Below, in pieces: positions 1-12,050 of a DNA stretch of 64,000 nucleotides. Each line of letters opens with the position of its first letter. Within the stretch, counting starts at the first letter, position 1. The stretch is from Podarcis gaigeae (Eukaryota): NCBI GenBank assembly GCA_964106915.2, contig OZ066916.1, one strand, 5' to 3'. Below the pieces are notes generated by a model. That model saw nothing but the letters and a program-made list of their open reading frames with translations, ran no database searches and was not told the origin of the DNA. The position numbers and the translations under genes are program-made.

Positions 1-2092
1 CTTTGACAGGGTTTGGATTTCCCAATCCCAGGTGGTGGTCTTTCCCAGCCCTGCTATGAATTCTTTTTCAAGGGAGATGTTAGACATTGAACATATAAGA
101 TGTTCTGGACTTGAAGTGTGTTCTCTGCCATTGCATCGTGGTCTATTTCCAGTCTTTGAGTGAGGTGCCAGAAAGTTTCCTGCTGAATGTTTGCAGGACC
201 AGCCTCACCCTGCAGTTTAAAGCTTTATAGCAGTCAGGATCCGAGCACCCAAAAACCCAACCTATCTTAGTGGACCATGATGGCTGTAGGGTTGTGGGTT
301 TTTTTTTGTCTTTTTAAAAGACAGCTGTAGGACAATATGAACAACACACAGGTATGACACAGTGACTTGAACCTCCAGGAGCCCTGTGCTATGCACACAA
401 GGACTTTGCAGATGAATGGGCCCTTTGGAAGCAGCTGCAGTTTGAGGTCCACATAGGTCTGATCAGTGAGGAGAATGAAACTTATTTTTGTCTCCTTTGA
501 GACAGCCCGCTTTCGGTCAGTGAGCGCAATGAGCTGAAGATGCTACCCGCAGTAGACCGGAAGCCAAAGACCTCTGTGTCAACTATTTCAATTCTGATGA
601 CAACTTCAGAGGCCTGCAGTTCCCTAAAGTGCCATGAAACAGTGGAACTAAATAAATTCTATACAAGGCATTGGCTACAATATATATTACCACAGTGGTT
701 CCCAACTCTGACGAGGACCCCCTTTTTCACACCAAAGAATTTCATGGACACACCCACCCACCCATACACCCACACTTATTGTTGTAATTTTAGGCTCCAT
801 TAATTGAGAAAATGCATACCAACAACAAACTATTATGAACCTAGTAATGGTTTTAAATGGCTTTGCTTTTTATCAATCATAACAACCACCTACATATGTT
901 TGAAAAACAGTACAGTACATATGCATTCTATTGAAAAATAGTTGTGCATATATGTTTGAGACATAATTTATTTTAGTCAGCCTTCAGTGAAAAGATATTG
1001 TCCCATCGCATGTGTTAGAATAATATTCAACTGTCAGTATGTAGTTGGAGTTGGGGCAGCCTAAGGTAGCAAAATGTCTTGGGCCAGCCCTGTAACCAGA
1101 AGTAGAGTTTTATGGAAAATTACTGAGCTCAGACTTCTTTAATTTTGTGTATTTTGCACCTACCTGGCTCTGGTTGGTAAATCCTGGGGCTCTAGTAAAA
1201 AATAGTAGTAGTATATTTGACAAATCTAAGGTCATCACTTAACCCTTGCACAGCTTATTTTAGAAATTAAACTTATATAAGGTAATGAGGAAAGACAGGA
1301 GCTCTGTATGCCTTTTGCACAAGTATTTCCACAGTACTGTATATGTCCCCCCCCCCCCGCCCCCGGCTATGACTCTTTCGTTCCTAGGGGGCTACATTGT
1401 GCAAAATGCGCGTCTTGGTAGATAAGAGAGGTGGCCTGGAGTTTGTGTGTGTGTGTGTGAAATTTGTGCATAGGGTTCGCTCATAACTCCAGAAAGTGTC
1501 AATCTGTATTGACTGTGCTTGTTGTTGGGGAGGAACAGGGTCAAATGGCAGAATGTGAACCACTGAGGTTTCACTAAGGGCTCATTCTTTCCCCTTTTCT
1601 AAAGCATGTTATCTCCCATCTTGGCCTCATACAGTTACAGTGACTAAGCCTTTGTGCACGATTTGATGAAACTGAATGCTCTGATCCTAAGCCTTGTTGC
1701 AACAGCACAGCACACTTAGGAGGGGATATATTTAGAAGTGTGCTTGCACAATGTCACAAGCTGTGATGTTATTTCGCAAGCAGAGATGCCAACACAAATA
1801 ACAGAGCATATTAGGTCATTCTTGATTGTAGATTTATTTGTTCCTTTAAAAATACCCTGATTACAGAAATATTCATATTTGAAACCTGCACGGCATTTCA
1901 GCATCCGTGATTAGCCTCACTCACTGGAAGGTTCTGTTTTGAATATTGGCTATTCAAATCATCATCATCATCATCATCATCTTGTTTATATGGCATGTTT
2001 GTACATTTTATTGCTTTGTCTTGTGTGGGAAATCGGGCAGCTGAGGTTGGCCTTGTTCAAAACAGAGGATTCTGGAGAGCTCTGCCATATTG

Positions 2093-2665
2093 TGTCATGG
2101 ACTGGTTGGATGCAGAGGAATAGTGGGAGGAACCAGCTGGGGAACAGCCAAGGCAAGAAGGCTCAGAGCTGAGGAAGTGGTGGTAGAACAACGATGAGTA
2201 GTCAGAGGGAGAAGACTGGAAAGAGGTAACAGGGCTTAGTGAGCTAGGGGGGGGGGGCAGTGGCAGAGAGAGGTCTAGAAACAGAGGCAGAAGTTGAAGC
2301 AGGCCAGTGGGAAGAGGGAGGCCAAGAGGTAGAGGTGAGCTAGGCTGGTGAAGAGTCATAGGTGTCTCCTGCTGCTGCTGCTCCCCCCCCCCCCAAGTGA
2401 CTCGCAGAACCAGAAGAGGCTGAAACAGGCAGAACAGTGACAGGCTACATGAAGGCACAGTCTCTGATAGCTTGGGAAAAGCCCTAGAGAAGAGGGGACT
2501 CAGACAATCATGGGGATTTCAGTCTCGGCAACTGATTCATGGGGCCAGACCTACCGGGATGAGCTGCTGTGCTCATTAGCCAAGTCTGTGAAGATGGTGT
2601 TTCTGCTAATAAAGAGTTAACTCCAACTATAGTGTGATTTACTTCCGACCAACTCTTGGTCATAT
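2093..2665 (+). mobile_element. Probable solo LTR (Gypsy/ERV-like), decayed
   Basis: Begins TGTCATGG, purine-rich body distinct from the flanks, AATAAA at about 2608 followed by a short U5-like stretch. The right end and TSD are not resolved. Confidence 0.45.
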
Positions 2666-3719
2666 TAATACTCTAATGGTTTCAGTGGAATTACAATGAT
2701 ATGAAATAAGAAATAACCAGGGAGCTACGTAGCACTGAGTTGAAAGCAGTCCTTCAGAGTGAGAGAAATCTCAGAAAAAAACAAGGGGCAGCTAATAATT
2801 CTAACTCAAACAACGCTGGGGAGATGTTATGAGTGCTGCCTCTTTCTCAGGAGCAAAATGGGTGTTCAGCACCACTTTTTCTCTTTGAATGCTTCAGTTC
2901 ACTTTGATAATGATTCAGTTGCTGACATAATATGGGGTGGGGGTGGGGAGCCTGCATGGGACATGCAGGTGGCCCTAGTTTATGTAAGCCCAGCCATTCA
3001 CCCTATAAAAAGGAATCTGCAGAATTCTGGCTGCTGCTTCTTTTTTTGAGATTCTTTAAGTCTTTCTGCTCTATTTCTCATAGTCTTGCTAAATGTGGAG
3101 AAAATATTCCTGGTATCCAAATTAAAAATGCATAGTTTGGGGGCTATGTGGAGTTGTTTATAGTCCCTATTTGGTTATTTAATTCTAAACCACTAACCTT
3201 GCCTTTCTGTAATTTACCCAGCATCAGTGAAAATGCTTGCTACAGCTTTCAGGAATACATTGAAAGTGTTAGTTTTCTGTCCTTTTGAAGTCCAGAGCAA
3301 CTATGAGAGTAATTTCTGGCTATTTATATGGGCTGCAGGTGCACCTGTGATATGTTGCTAATAATTTAAGACTTGAGTGCCATGAAAAGTTCCAGTTTCG
3401 CCTTGTGTTCCTGATTTATTGGAACCTTAGAGGTTGTATTAACTCATTTTTCATTTGAAAACAGCTGTTTTATCAGCAATCGGCACTTAGAAAGGAGGAA
3501 GTATTACTTGATCAACAGCATTCCATGATTTATGTTGAATCTATTCGTTTTTCATTTGTCCAGAGAAAGGTCATCGTTGTACTACTCAAAGTTTCCCTTT
3601 GAGGAAAGGGTGCTGTGCATCATCTCCATTTACATAATTTGAAATCTCCACTTTTCATTCCAAGATGCACCCTTCCTATTTAATTACGATATAAACAATC
3701 TCATCCCTGATATGGCATC

Positions 3720-5162
3720 CCCATCCTTTTTTGCCCCCCACCCCTGGGAATCGTAAAGTGCCAATTCTGCTCTATGCCAATGATTTAGTTTTGTTATCTC
3801 AGAATAAAATCAGACTTAGAAGGATGCTGGTTAATTTGGACAGCTGTGTAAAAAAGAACATCTAAAAATTAACTACAATAAAACCAAGTTCACTGTATTT
3901 GGCAAGAGGACTATCAAGTCCAGGTGGATTCTAGACGGTCACACCCCTGATCAAGTGCTCAGTTTTAAATATCTAGGATTATTTATCAATGGGAAATCAT
4001 CATGGAAACCCCACTGGAAGCAATTAAGCTAATATCTGGCCATTCTACTGGGCAGCTGTATAGGTTCTTCCATTCAAAGGTCGGGCATTTAGTCAGCTAT
4101 TAAGAGATTTGTCTCTAAAATCATCACCCAAATGCTCTACGGGGCTGAGGTATGGGGAATTGGTATTAAAACTGAAATAGAGGTCCTGCAAAATAAATTT
4201 ATGAGGCAGATTTTGGGGCTTCCCTGTGGGACACCAGCAGCCCACCTCAGAGTTGAGTTTGGCCTCCCCTCGCTAGCAACCAGAATTGATCTAGCCTATC
4301 TGAGATACTGGCGCGGGCTAAATGCCTTCAAGGATCATACTCTTACTAAGATCTGCTGGTGAGAGTAACTAAGGGCAGGGGCTGAGCACAAAAGTGCCAA
4401 GATAAATTTAGGGCTTATAATCTTCAAATGGAGAACTATTTAGTGCTTAGGCCACATGGCCTTAGAAATTGGATTTTTGATCAGGATGCCAACCAAGACA
4501 GAGCATCCATCATTGCCACCCGTTACTCTATTTGGTACCCCCAAATTAAGATGGATCACTCAAGGCCCCGTTACCTTGAGACTCTGACCTCCCCACAACT
4601 ACGCAGGACCTCTGCAGAACTAAGATTTCAACAGATGCCCTCAGCATATTTAGAGGGGAGATATTGGGGGATGCCCCATATGGATCACAAGTGTATATGG
4701 ATGAAATCAGGTAGAGGATATCACACACTATCTGCTGATTTGCCCCCTGCATACAGTGCCCAGAGGAAAATTTATATCGCCAGTTCTCATAGCTGTTAAC
4801 GTTTCCCTTTTTAAAAGGGAAATTCCCTTATTCCGAATAGGATTCCTTGCAAGAAAAGGGAAAAGTTGACAGCTATGCCAGTTTTTAATTGGCTTCCGGG
4901 TCGATCCACACAGGAAGTGACAGTTGAACTCCTAGCAGATAAATATCTATATATTACACACCAGGTAGCCAAATTTGCACTGCCAGCCAAGAAGCTCCGT
5001 TCCATCTATGTGAATGCCCTCCAATCTTAAGTTTTAATGTTGTAAATTTCTTTTTATGTTGCAAACTGCTACGGGTTGTATTTGGATGAAAAGTTTCCTT
5101 GCATTCTCTGTCTTCCATGGTAAAGGCCTTTGGCTATATGCAATAAAATTGATTGACTGACA
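3720..5162 (+). mobile_element. 5'-truncated, decayed non-LTR retrotransposon (RT C-terminal half plus 3' tail; RTEX or L2/Crack-like)
   Basis: Translates to PILLYANDLVLLS (degenerate LYADD), FKYLG, MLYGAEVWG and a C-terminal HYLLICP motif, with stops and frameshifts. Ends in AATAAA plus a short TGAT/TGAC repeat tail. Clade assignment is tentative. Confidence 0.8.
4788..4877. mobile_element. 90-bp hAT-type MITE inserted in the LINE fragment
   Basis: TIRs CATAGCTGTTAAC / GTTGACAGCTATG; 8-bp TSD CCAGTTCT (4780-4787) / CCAGTTTT (4878-4885). Confidence 0.85.
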
Positions 5163-6157
5163 TTCCAAGACGCAAAAAAAGGAGGAAATGTTTGGAAGTG
5201 CCTGTACAATCCCCATAGTGAATCTGCCTGTTCCTTTTGTTGTTGCTCTTCTTTAGCAACTGCAACTGTGTTCTAGAACACTTGCTTTAAGGTTGCAGTC
5301 CTGTTCCCACTTACCTGGGAGTAAGTTCCATTGCGCTCACTAGGAGTTACTTCTGAGTAGACATGTTTAGGATTGCATTGTCAAACACTCAAGTCATATG
5401 AGTTCACACCTCAGGGGATTTCTGATGGGTTGCCTGCAGATCCCTGCAGTGTGTACTTGAATGGGAAGGCATATACGGTACATTTTTTCCTGACAGGATG
5501 TGTGAAATGGCCCACCACAGTTGGATAGTCTTTGCCAGTTTGCAAGAGTGTCTGACTTGGCTCTGCTTCTATGCACTTTCTTCAAATGATTGGATTTTGG
5601 TGTGACATTTATTGATCGGAAGGTCTTCTGTGCTTGCTTACACAAGGTAAATGTAGAGCTTGGGATATATACTCCTTTAAAGAAACATGTTCCATATAAT
5701 TACTAACCCACCATGTCCTGCTCATGATCTGTGCAAACAGTAAGAACACAGAACCCCCTTTTGCATCAGTCACCCCTTCCTAACCCTGCCTCTTATTCTT
5801 ACTTATTTCCCCCCTTTCTGTACCTGTCCTTCCTTTGCTGGTTAATGCCAGTGAGAAGTAAGCAGTGAATTTTGGCACAATGGTATGCCCTCACTTTTTT
5901 TCTACAAAGAGCACACAACATAGCGGGGGGGGGGGGAGGAAGCACTTACCTGACCTCCCAGCAGGCAAGTGGTGGCTACTTAACAGGAGGGGGAAGGGGA
6001 GAATTGAGGGGGCAGGGAGGGGGCACAGTTCAAACCCGTGGAGGAAATGCTGTGCTCCTGCCAGTGCTTTCTTCCTCCCTCTGCCTCCTTCAACTAAGCA
6101 GCTGTGACCCACCTGCTCGGAGGTTAGATAAGCACCTCCATCCATCTGCAAATGGAG

Positions 6158-6661
6158 CATAGCTATCAACCATCCCTTATTTGGCGGGAAAGTCCCTTAT
6201 CCCAGTGCCGTGTCCCGCTGCTGTCCCTTATTGATGATGTCCCTTAAATTTCCCGGGTTTCAAAGAAAGCAGCTCCTCTCCCTCCCTCCCTGCCGGCCAG
6301 GGAGAAGGGAGGCTCCAACTGTGTTGCTTGGCTGCGTTAATCACCCAATAAGGAGTCTAAGAATGACTGTGGGATGGAGCTTGCAAGCCTTGTGCCGATC
6401 AAATTGGCTGCGTTGCCTGGGGACTCGCCTTTGCTCAGCGCTTCCCAGCGGAGAGATGATGGTGGTTTTCCTTGCTGCATTCCCTTTGCTGGGTTGCTGC
6501 GCTGTGGGAACCACCGCTTGAGGCTTTGTTTGGCTGCTGGCTGGGCTTTCTGCCTTTGGCTTGGAGGGGCTCAGACCAGAAGTCGAACATACTTGTGCTC
6601 TGAAAATCCCTTATTTTCGCTGCTGGTCCCTTATTTTCAAATCTGTAAGGTGACAGCCAGG
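6158..6661. mobile_element. Non-autonomous hAT-type element, same TIR family as 4788-4877
   Basis: Ends CATAGCTATCAACC / GGTGACAGCCAGG; repeated subterminal TCCCTTAT motifs; 8-bp TSD AAATGGAG (6150-6157) / AACTGGAG (6662-6669). Confidence 0.8.
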
Positions 6662-7603
6662 AACTGGAGATGGTCTCTCTCTATATATAGAAACAGAATA
6701 GGGAGAGAGCTTGTAGGCTCTGTATAAGAGTGTGTGGAAACCACCACAACCCCCAAGCAATACCACAATGACATGTTGCTTGTGAGCATAAAGAGCCATT
6801 AAGGATCACCACATTGTCTATGAACCTACCCTTACTTTCAATACCTTCTTTGGAGGCTCTGTGCTTAAACTTACTGCCATTTTAAATGCAGTGTTTGTGT
6901 GTGTAGGAGTGGGGTGTAACTAGGAAGAGGACCTTCTCAACAGTGTCACCTTCACTGCTCCAGCACACACATATGTGGGCACACAAACAAACCTTAGCCA
7001 CTGACGTTGGTATGGATACTACCCAAATGGTCCAAATGCCACATGGTTATCATCAACATGTTTCCAGAGTCTCATGGGATCCAGCCATGGGAAGCAGCTA
7101 GTGGACTGCTCTGGGAAAGTTTGGATTGAGTAGAAACATCCAGTCTTTTAGCTGTTGGTGGTTATGTCATAAATACTCAGACTGGGATTAGTCCTTCTGA
7201 GTATAAAACTGCTCTAAAGCAAAAGAATGCTTTGAGATTGAAGGGGCATTTTGTCATAAAAATGTACTAAGCCGACTAGGTGTTGGGTAAATGCCCCTGA
7301 ACTTTAGCTCTTTTATCTTCCTTTGAATTTTGAAGCCTGTTTATGCATTGTTAAACCATCATAATGTCAACCAGATTTCTCTCTCCCCTCCCCACGTTTT
7401 ATTTAAATCCTTGAGAACATGTTGTAATAACTAAAAATAATTCAAAGCCGCGTTAGAGGACAGCCTGTTTACAGCAGGGCTTTAAACAAATTTCCACTGC
7501 TTGGCTGGTGTATTTCTGGCAAATGCACTGCCATAGAGGTGGCACTATTCAGCTGAAATTGTGCAGGCACAGGGCTGTCCTCCACCAGCATTTTATCACA
7601 GTA

Positions 7604-7829
7604 CAGTGGTACCTCGGGTTAAGTACTTAATTCGTTCTGGAGGTCCGTTCTTAACCTGAAACTGTTCTTAACCTGAAGCACCACTTTAGCTAATGGGGCC
7701 TCCTGCTGCTGCCGCGCCGCTGGAGCATGATTTCTGTTCTCATCCTGAAGCAAAGTTATTAACCTGAATCACTATTTCTGGGTTAGTGGAGTCTGTAACC
7801 TGAAGCGTATGTAACCTGAGGTACCACTG
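7604..7829. mobile_element. Tc1/mariner (pogo/Tigger-like) MITE, copy 1
   Basis: TIRs CAGTGGTACCTCGGGTT / AACCTGAGGTACCACTG, TA on both sides; multicopy in the window. Confidence 0.92.
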
Positions 7830-7921
7830 TACTTACTACCTGGCATCCTGAACCTAAGAGTATTTGATGGGGAGGAGCCCCATTGACTCACTTCATTCCC
7901 AGTAGCGTGATCCTATAATTC

Positions 7922-8100
7922 TTATTTATTAATCAAATTCATAGCCTGCTTCTCCTCCAAGGAGCTCAGGTCAGATCACGTGCCCCATTTTGTCCTAACA
8001 GCGGCCCTATGAGGTAAATTAGGCTGAGAGATAGTGACTGAGTGGCCGAGTAGAGTTTTGAATGCTGGCCTCTATAATCCTAACCTGAAACTCGAACCCA
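7922..8100 (-). mobile_element. Old CORE/MIR-like SINE fragment
   Basis: TTATTTATT tail, CCCCATTTTGTCCT...CCTATGAGGTA core-like segment and a B-box complement (CTCGAACCC); heavily diverged. Confidence 0.45.
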
Positions 8101-8319
8101 GTGGTCATATATGTCGTGCTCTGCACTGCCAACATTGCTGGCCATTGGGTATCTTGGCTGGGGCTGATGGGAATTGTAGTCTGAAACATTTGGAAGGGAA
8201 CCATGTTAGCCTTCCCTGTGCTATTTGCTACTCTGCAATAAAGGAACTTGATTTTAAAAGCAGCAGCATGAACAGCAAAATGGCGTTCTAGGCTTGGCCA
8301 CTGGCCTGTTCAGCTTTCT

Positions 8320-8653
8320 TGACGAGATCCAGCTCGCCATCAGTAAGAATCAGTCTCACACAGAGATGGGTTGAAGAATTCTGGCTGCTTTAGAGCTGCT
8401 GCATCACAGCCTTTATTGTGTAAAGTCCGAAAGATACAAAATACAAGGAATGCAACTTGTTCTCAGCCAGCAGATAAGGACCATCGCACTAGACCACGCA
8501 GACAATCAGGCTATGTTACGTGGACCAATCATTAGGACAGCCAGAGCTGTCCACGCGTTGATCATGCTCCAAGCAAGCCTCCTGCTATGAAATCACCTTG
8601 CAACAATAAGAACTTTGCTCATGCTCTTATGTACAAGCAATCATTTTCCCACA
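8320..8653 (-). mobile_element. Solo LTR (ERV-like) with 6-bp TSD
   Basis: TG (8320)...CA (8653); exact CTTTCT duplication at 8314-8319 and 8654-8659; minus strand starts TGTGGGAAAA and carries AATAAA (complement of 8412-8417). Confidence 0.75.
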
Positions 8654-9014
8654 CTTTCTCCCATTTGCTAGAGAGAAGGCTCTAGAACAGTCTTCCCCAA
8701 CCTGGTTCTGGAATACAATGCCCATCACCCCCCACTATTCACCATGAATGGAATCTGCAACATCTGGAGGGCACCTGGGGCTTCTAACCTAGTCTATTTA
8801 CGTTGTAAAAATCTAGGTACAGATTGAAACAAACATTTATATTTTTATGACTTACAGTATGTCAGTCAAGTGTATTGTACATAGCCAAATACTTTTGTGA
8901 TGTGTATAAAATATAAAGCTTCCAAAGCGATTCATGAATTAAAAGAGAAACTTGTTATGAAAACTTACGATATGAACTTAAGCAAAATATCTTATGTGAT
9001 ACCCCAAATACTAC

Positions 9015-9463
9015 TAAGGATGGGGGACAATTTTGATTCAGTTTGCATTTAAAGCCAAATCTATCAAATGTGCATTTTTCTAGACAATATGAGGCCTGAA
9101 ACACAGCAATCCTTCAAAGTTTGCACTAATCTGAGTTTTACAAGGAAGTTCCCTAAGCAAACAGTGTTCATGAAAATGCCAATATTAGTGGAAAGTGTAC
9201 ATTAAAATTTATATATTAGTGAAAATAACAAACAGATACACATTATATTAGAATAAATTACCAGCAGCAGTGTATAGTCAAAACTGCATACAAAATATAT
9301 TTATTAGAACAAATTCATACAAAAATGCTGAATAGTTGTTCTGAGGATTTTTTCTTCCATTTAAAAAAAATCGCTAATGGCAACAGAAATGTGTAGAACC
9401 CCATTTAATACTGGAAAAATTGGTAACTGAGAGAACATGAGTTGACAGATCCTTTCATCCCTA
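9015..9463. mobile_element. Non-autonomous DNA element with TAGGGATG-type termini (hAT-like)
   Basis: TAAGGATG...CATCCCTA ends; internal sequence is homologous to the interrupted copy at 34028-35081. Confidence 0.6.
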
Positions 9464-9899
9464 GATACCAAATACTCTGCTTTTTGATCTGCCTCTCCCT
9501 CTAAAGATTTTTGAGCTCCAGTGGAGTGATAGGTCATATATAGAATGCAGAAATTACTCACACCATGCTAAGAATAACCTCTTGTCCTCTATCTTTATGT
9601 TTATAAAGGTTTGTGCACCTCTTAATTAGGGATGCATCCTATACGCACATATCTGGGTACCATTGCACGCAGTAGGACTTACTTCTGAACAGACGTGTAT
9701 AGTGTGTCATTGGTATTTTATCAGAACCAAAAACAAATTACACTGTTTCCTTAGCTTTGGTAATTGCCAGCCATCCCACTCAGTCTGTTTTTATGAGCGA
9801 TTTGGCTTGGATGCGTTATGCAAGAATGGGGAGCATGTGTCTCTGTGTGTGTTTCATAATTCAAGATCCACATTATTCCTGTTGGGAAAGTGCACACGA

Positions 9900-10091
9900 C
9901 AGGGCCGGCCCACACATGAGGTAAGGTGAGGCAGTTGCTTCAGGCGGCCAGATCCAAAAGGGCAGCAGATCCCAATGCAGATTTTTATTTCCCTTGTCGG
10001 GATGTAGATTTTCACTCCTGCTTTCCTGGCATGGAGGAGGGCACCATTTTGTGGTTTGCCTCAGGTGCCAAAATGTATTGGGCTGGCCCAG
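9900..10091. mobile_element. hAT-type MITE (CAGGGCCGGCCC termini)
   Basis: TIRs CAGGGCCGGCCC / GGGCTGGCCCAG; degenerate 8-bp TSD GCACACGA / GCATAGGA; related pieces near 1050-1092 and 46470-46697. Confidence 0.7.
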
Positions 10092-10443
10092 GCATAGGAA
10101 CACCAGAAACTGCAAGTCTTAAAGAGAGGTAACAGCATTGCCACAAAAAGGCAGTCTTAATGTAGTGTTTAAATGTTGTTCTTAACAAGCCGTATTCTTT
10201 CTCAGTTACTGTATAACTTTAAAACTGCAAATCAAATTGAGATGTAGACAATAACTCATATTTTTACTCCCAGGGAGAGGTGCTTATGGGATTCTCTTCT
10301 GTAGGTGCCAAAACAATGTGGCCAGTATTGTTAACTCTGCACCTTGACTTACAGGGCAACTGTGTGTGTGTGGGGGGGGGGGTCATTTGCTTTTCTACCT
10401 CATCCAGCAAAACACATTGGACCATCCCTGCCTGCATTACATA

Positions 10444-10787
10444 CCGTATTTTTTCATGTATAATATGCCCCCATGTATAAGATGCCCCCTAATTTTGGGG
10501 ACTCAAAATTTAGAAAATCTGGGGAGATTGCCCAAAGTTGAGCCTTTTTTGGACGGGGATTGCCGAAAATCACTCACACGACAGAAGAACAACGCTTCCT
10601 ACTATCGCACACAACACGCAAGACACCCACCCTATTGCCACTGCAGTGGCCAATCAGATAGAGCCCTTCCCGCAACCGCCAGTCACGCACACAGACACCC
10701 AACGCACTACCCGTGTATAAGACGAGGCAAATTTTAAAACATAACTTTAATGTAAACAAACCTAGTCTTATACATGGAAAAGTATGG
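10444..10787. mobile_element. Tc1/mariner-superfamily (Tc2/pogo-like) MITE
   Basis: TA|CCGTATTTTTTCATGTATAA...TTATACATGGAAAAGTATGG|TA, with internal repeats of TATAAGA(C/T)G. Confidence 0.8.
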
Positions 10788-11929
10788 TACTTAGGCTGCT
10801 AATACACACATAATACTCCCATTATGACTTGGAACAGTACAGAAAAGTTGCTATGGGTTTGATCTTGAGGCTACCTCTCTGTGGTATGGAATGTCTGAAA
10901 AGTCACTGGTCTAGCTGTCGACTGAACTAGCTGTTTTGCTATCTAAGATGCATTGGGCCTGCAGAATTTTTGCTTTTCCCTTTTCATTTTTGAAACATGT
11001 TTTTCTTTGTCAAAAATGTTGCTGCCAACCCTCTAGTAGAGAGAACCTAGAATGTGGGAGTAAAGTGTGAAGACAAAGTGTAGAATTATTCAAGGCAGGG
11101 AAAAAACCATTTTGTTAACAACTGTTTGCCTGCATTAACTTGACCTTGAGCCTGCCTTCTACAATTCTATGAAATTACAGGGGAAGGATCACTTAAGTTT
11201 AAGCTGATGATCCAAGTGACTTGGAAAAGCTGTGGCTCATGATGTAAAACTGAGATGAGTTTTCTCTTGCAGGACTGGCAGTTTCCCGGGGAACTAGTTT
11301 TGGGCCACAATCCAGCAAATATGTAGCTGCTGTATTTAATAAATATGATGACCTTAGAGGGCATAAAAACACCATACTCTGTGCTGGGCTGTGGTGGTAG
11401 AATGGTATTTTCTCTTGGGATAGACATGGAAGATTCAGCAATTATTTTTGAACTTTGGTGTGATTTTGATTAATTGAATTAAAACAACCCCAAACAAATC
11501 AGAGTATCAACCCACAGACATTGAAATGGTTTACCCTTTACCATGAAACTGAAAGTATTACTGGAATTGCTCTTACGGTCTGAGCTTTATATGCATGCTT
11601 GTTTGGAAGTAGGTCCCATTGAGTTAAATGGAAGTTGTTTCTAAAGGAAGTGTGCTTAAGATCACATATTTTCTTTGCTCAGTGATTCAAGCTCTTATAA
11701 CACCACTCTTCAACCAGAAGCCCGATATCTATATTAGAAACAGGCACATATATTGCATATACATTTCATTTACTAGAAAACCTGTTTTGCTAAAGGGACA
11801 TATTGAGATCTGAGTGAAGTGGATCCAATGCCTCAAGATTCATCCGTCTCTTAAAGTAGCTTGCCGGTGTGTTCTGATGATTTGCTTATCTGATTCCACT
11901 TATGGATTCTTTCCCATAAAATTGGGTTG

Positions 11930-12050
11930 TTGGTTTTTTCCGCCGGAACTCAGTTCCGGTACTCTCACGTGGGCACCATTGCCATTATAAGAGAAAAAGG
12001 GAGGTGTTCATGGTGAGTTCTGACGCCTCTTTTTCTAGAAAAATAGCACT
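11930..12050. mobile_element. Short hAT-like MITE
   Basis: Reverse-complement homologue of 51917-52060 (CCGGAACTCA repeats, TTTCTAGAAAAATAGCACT end). Confidence 0.65.
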
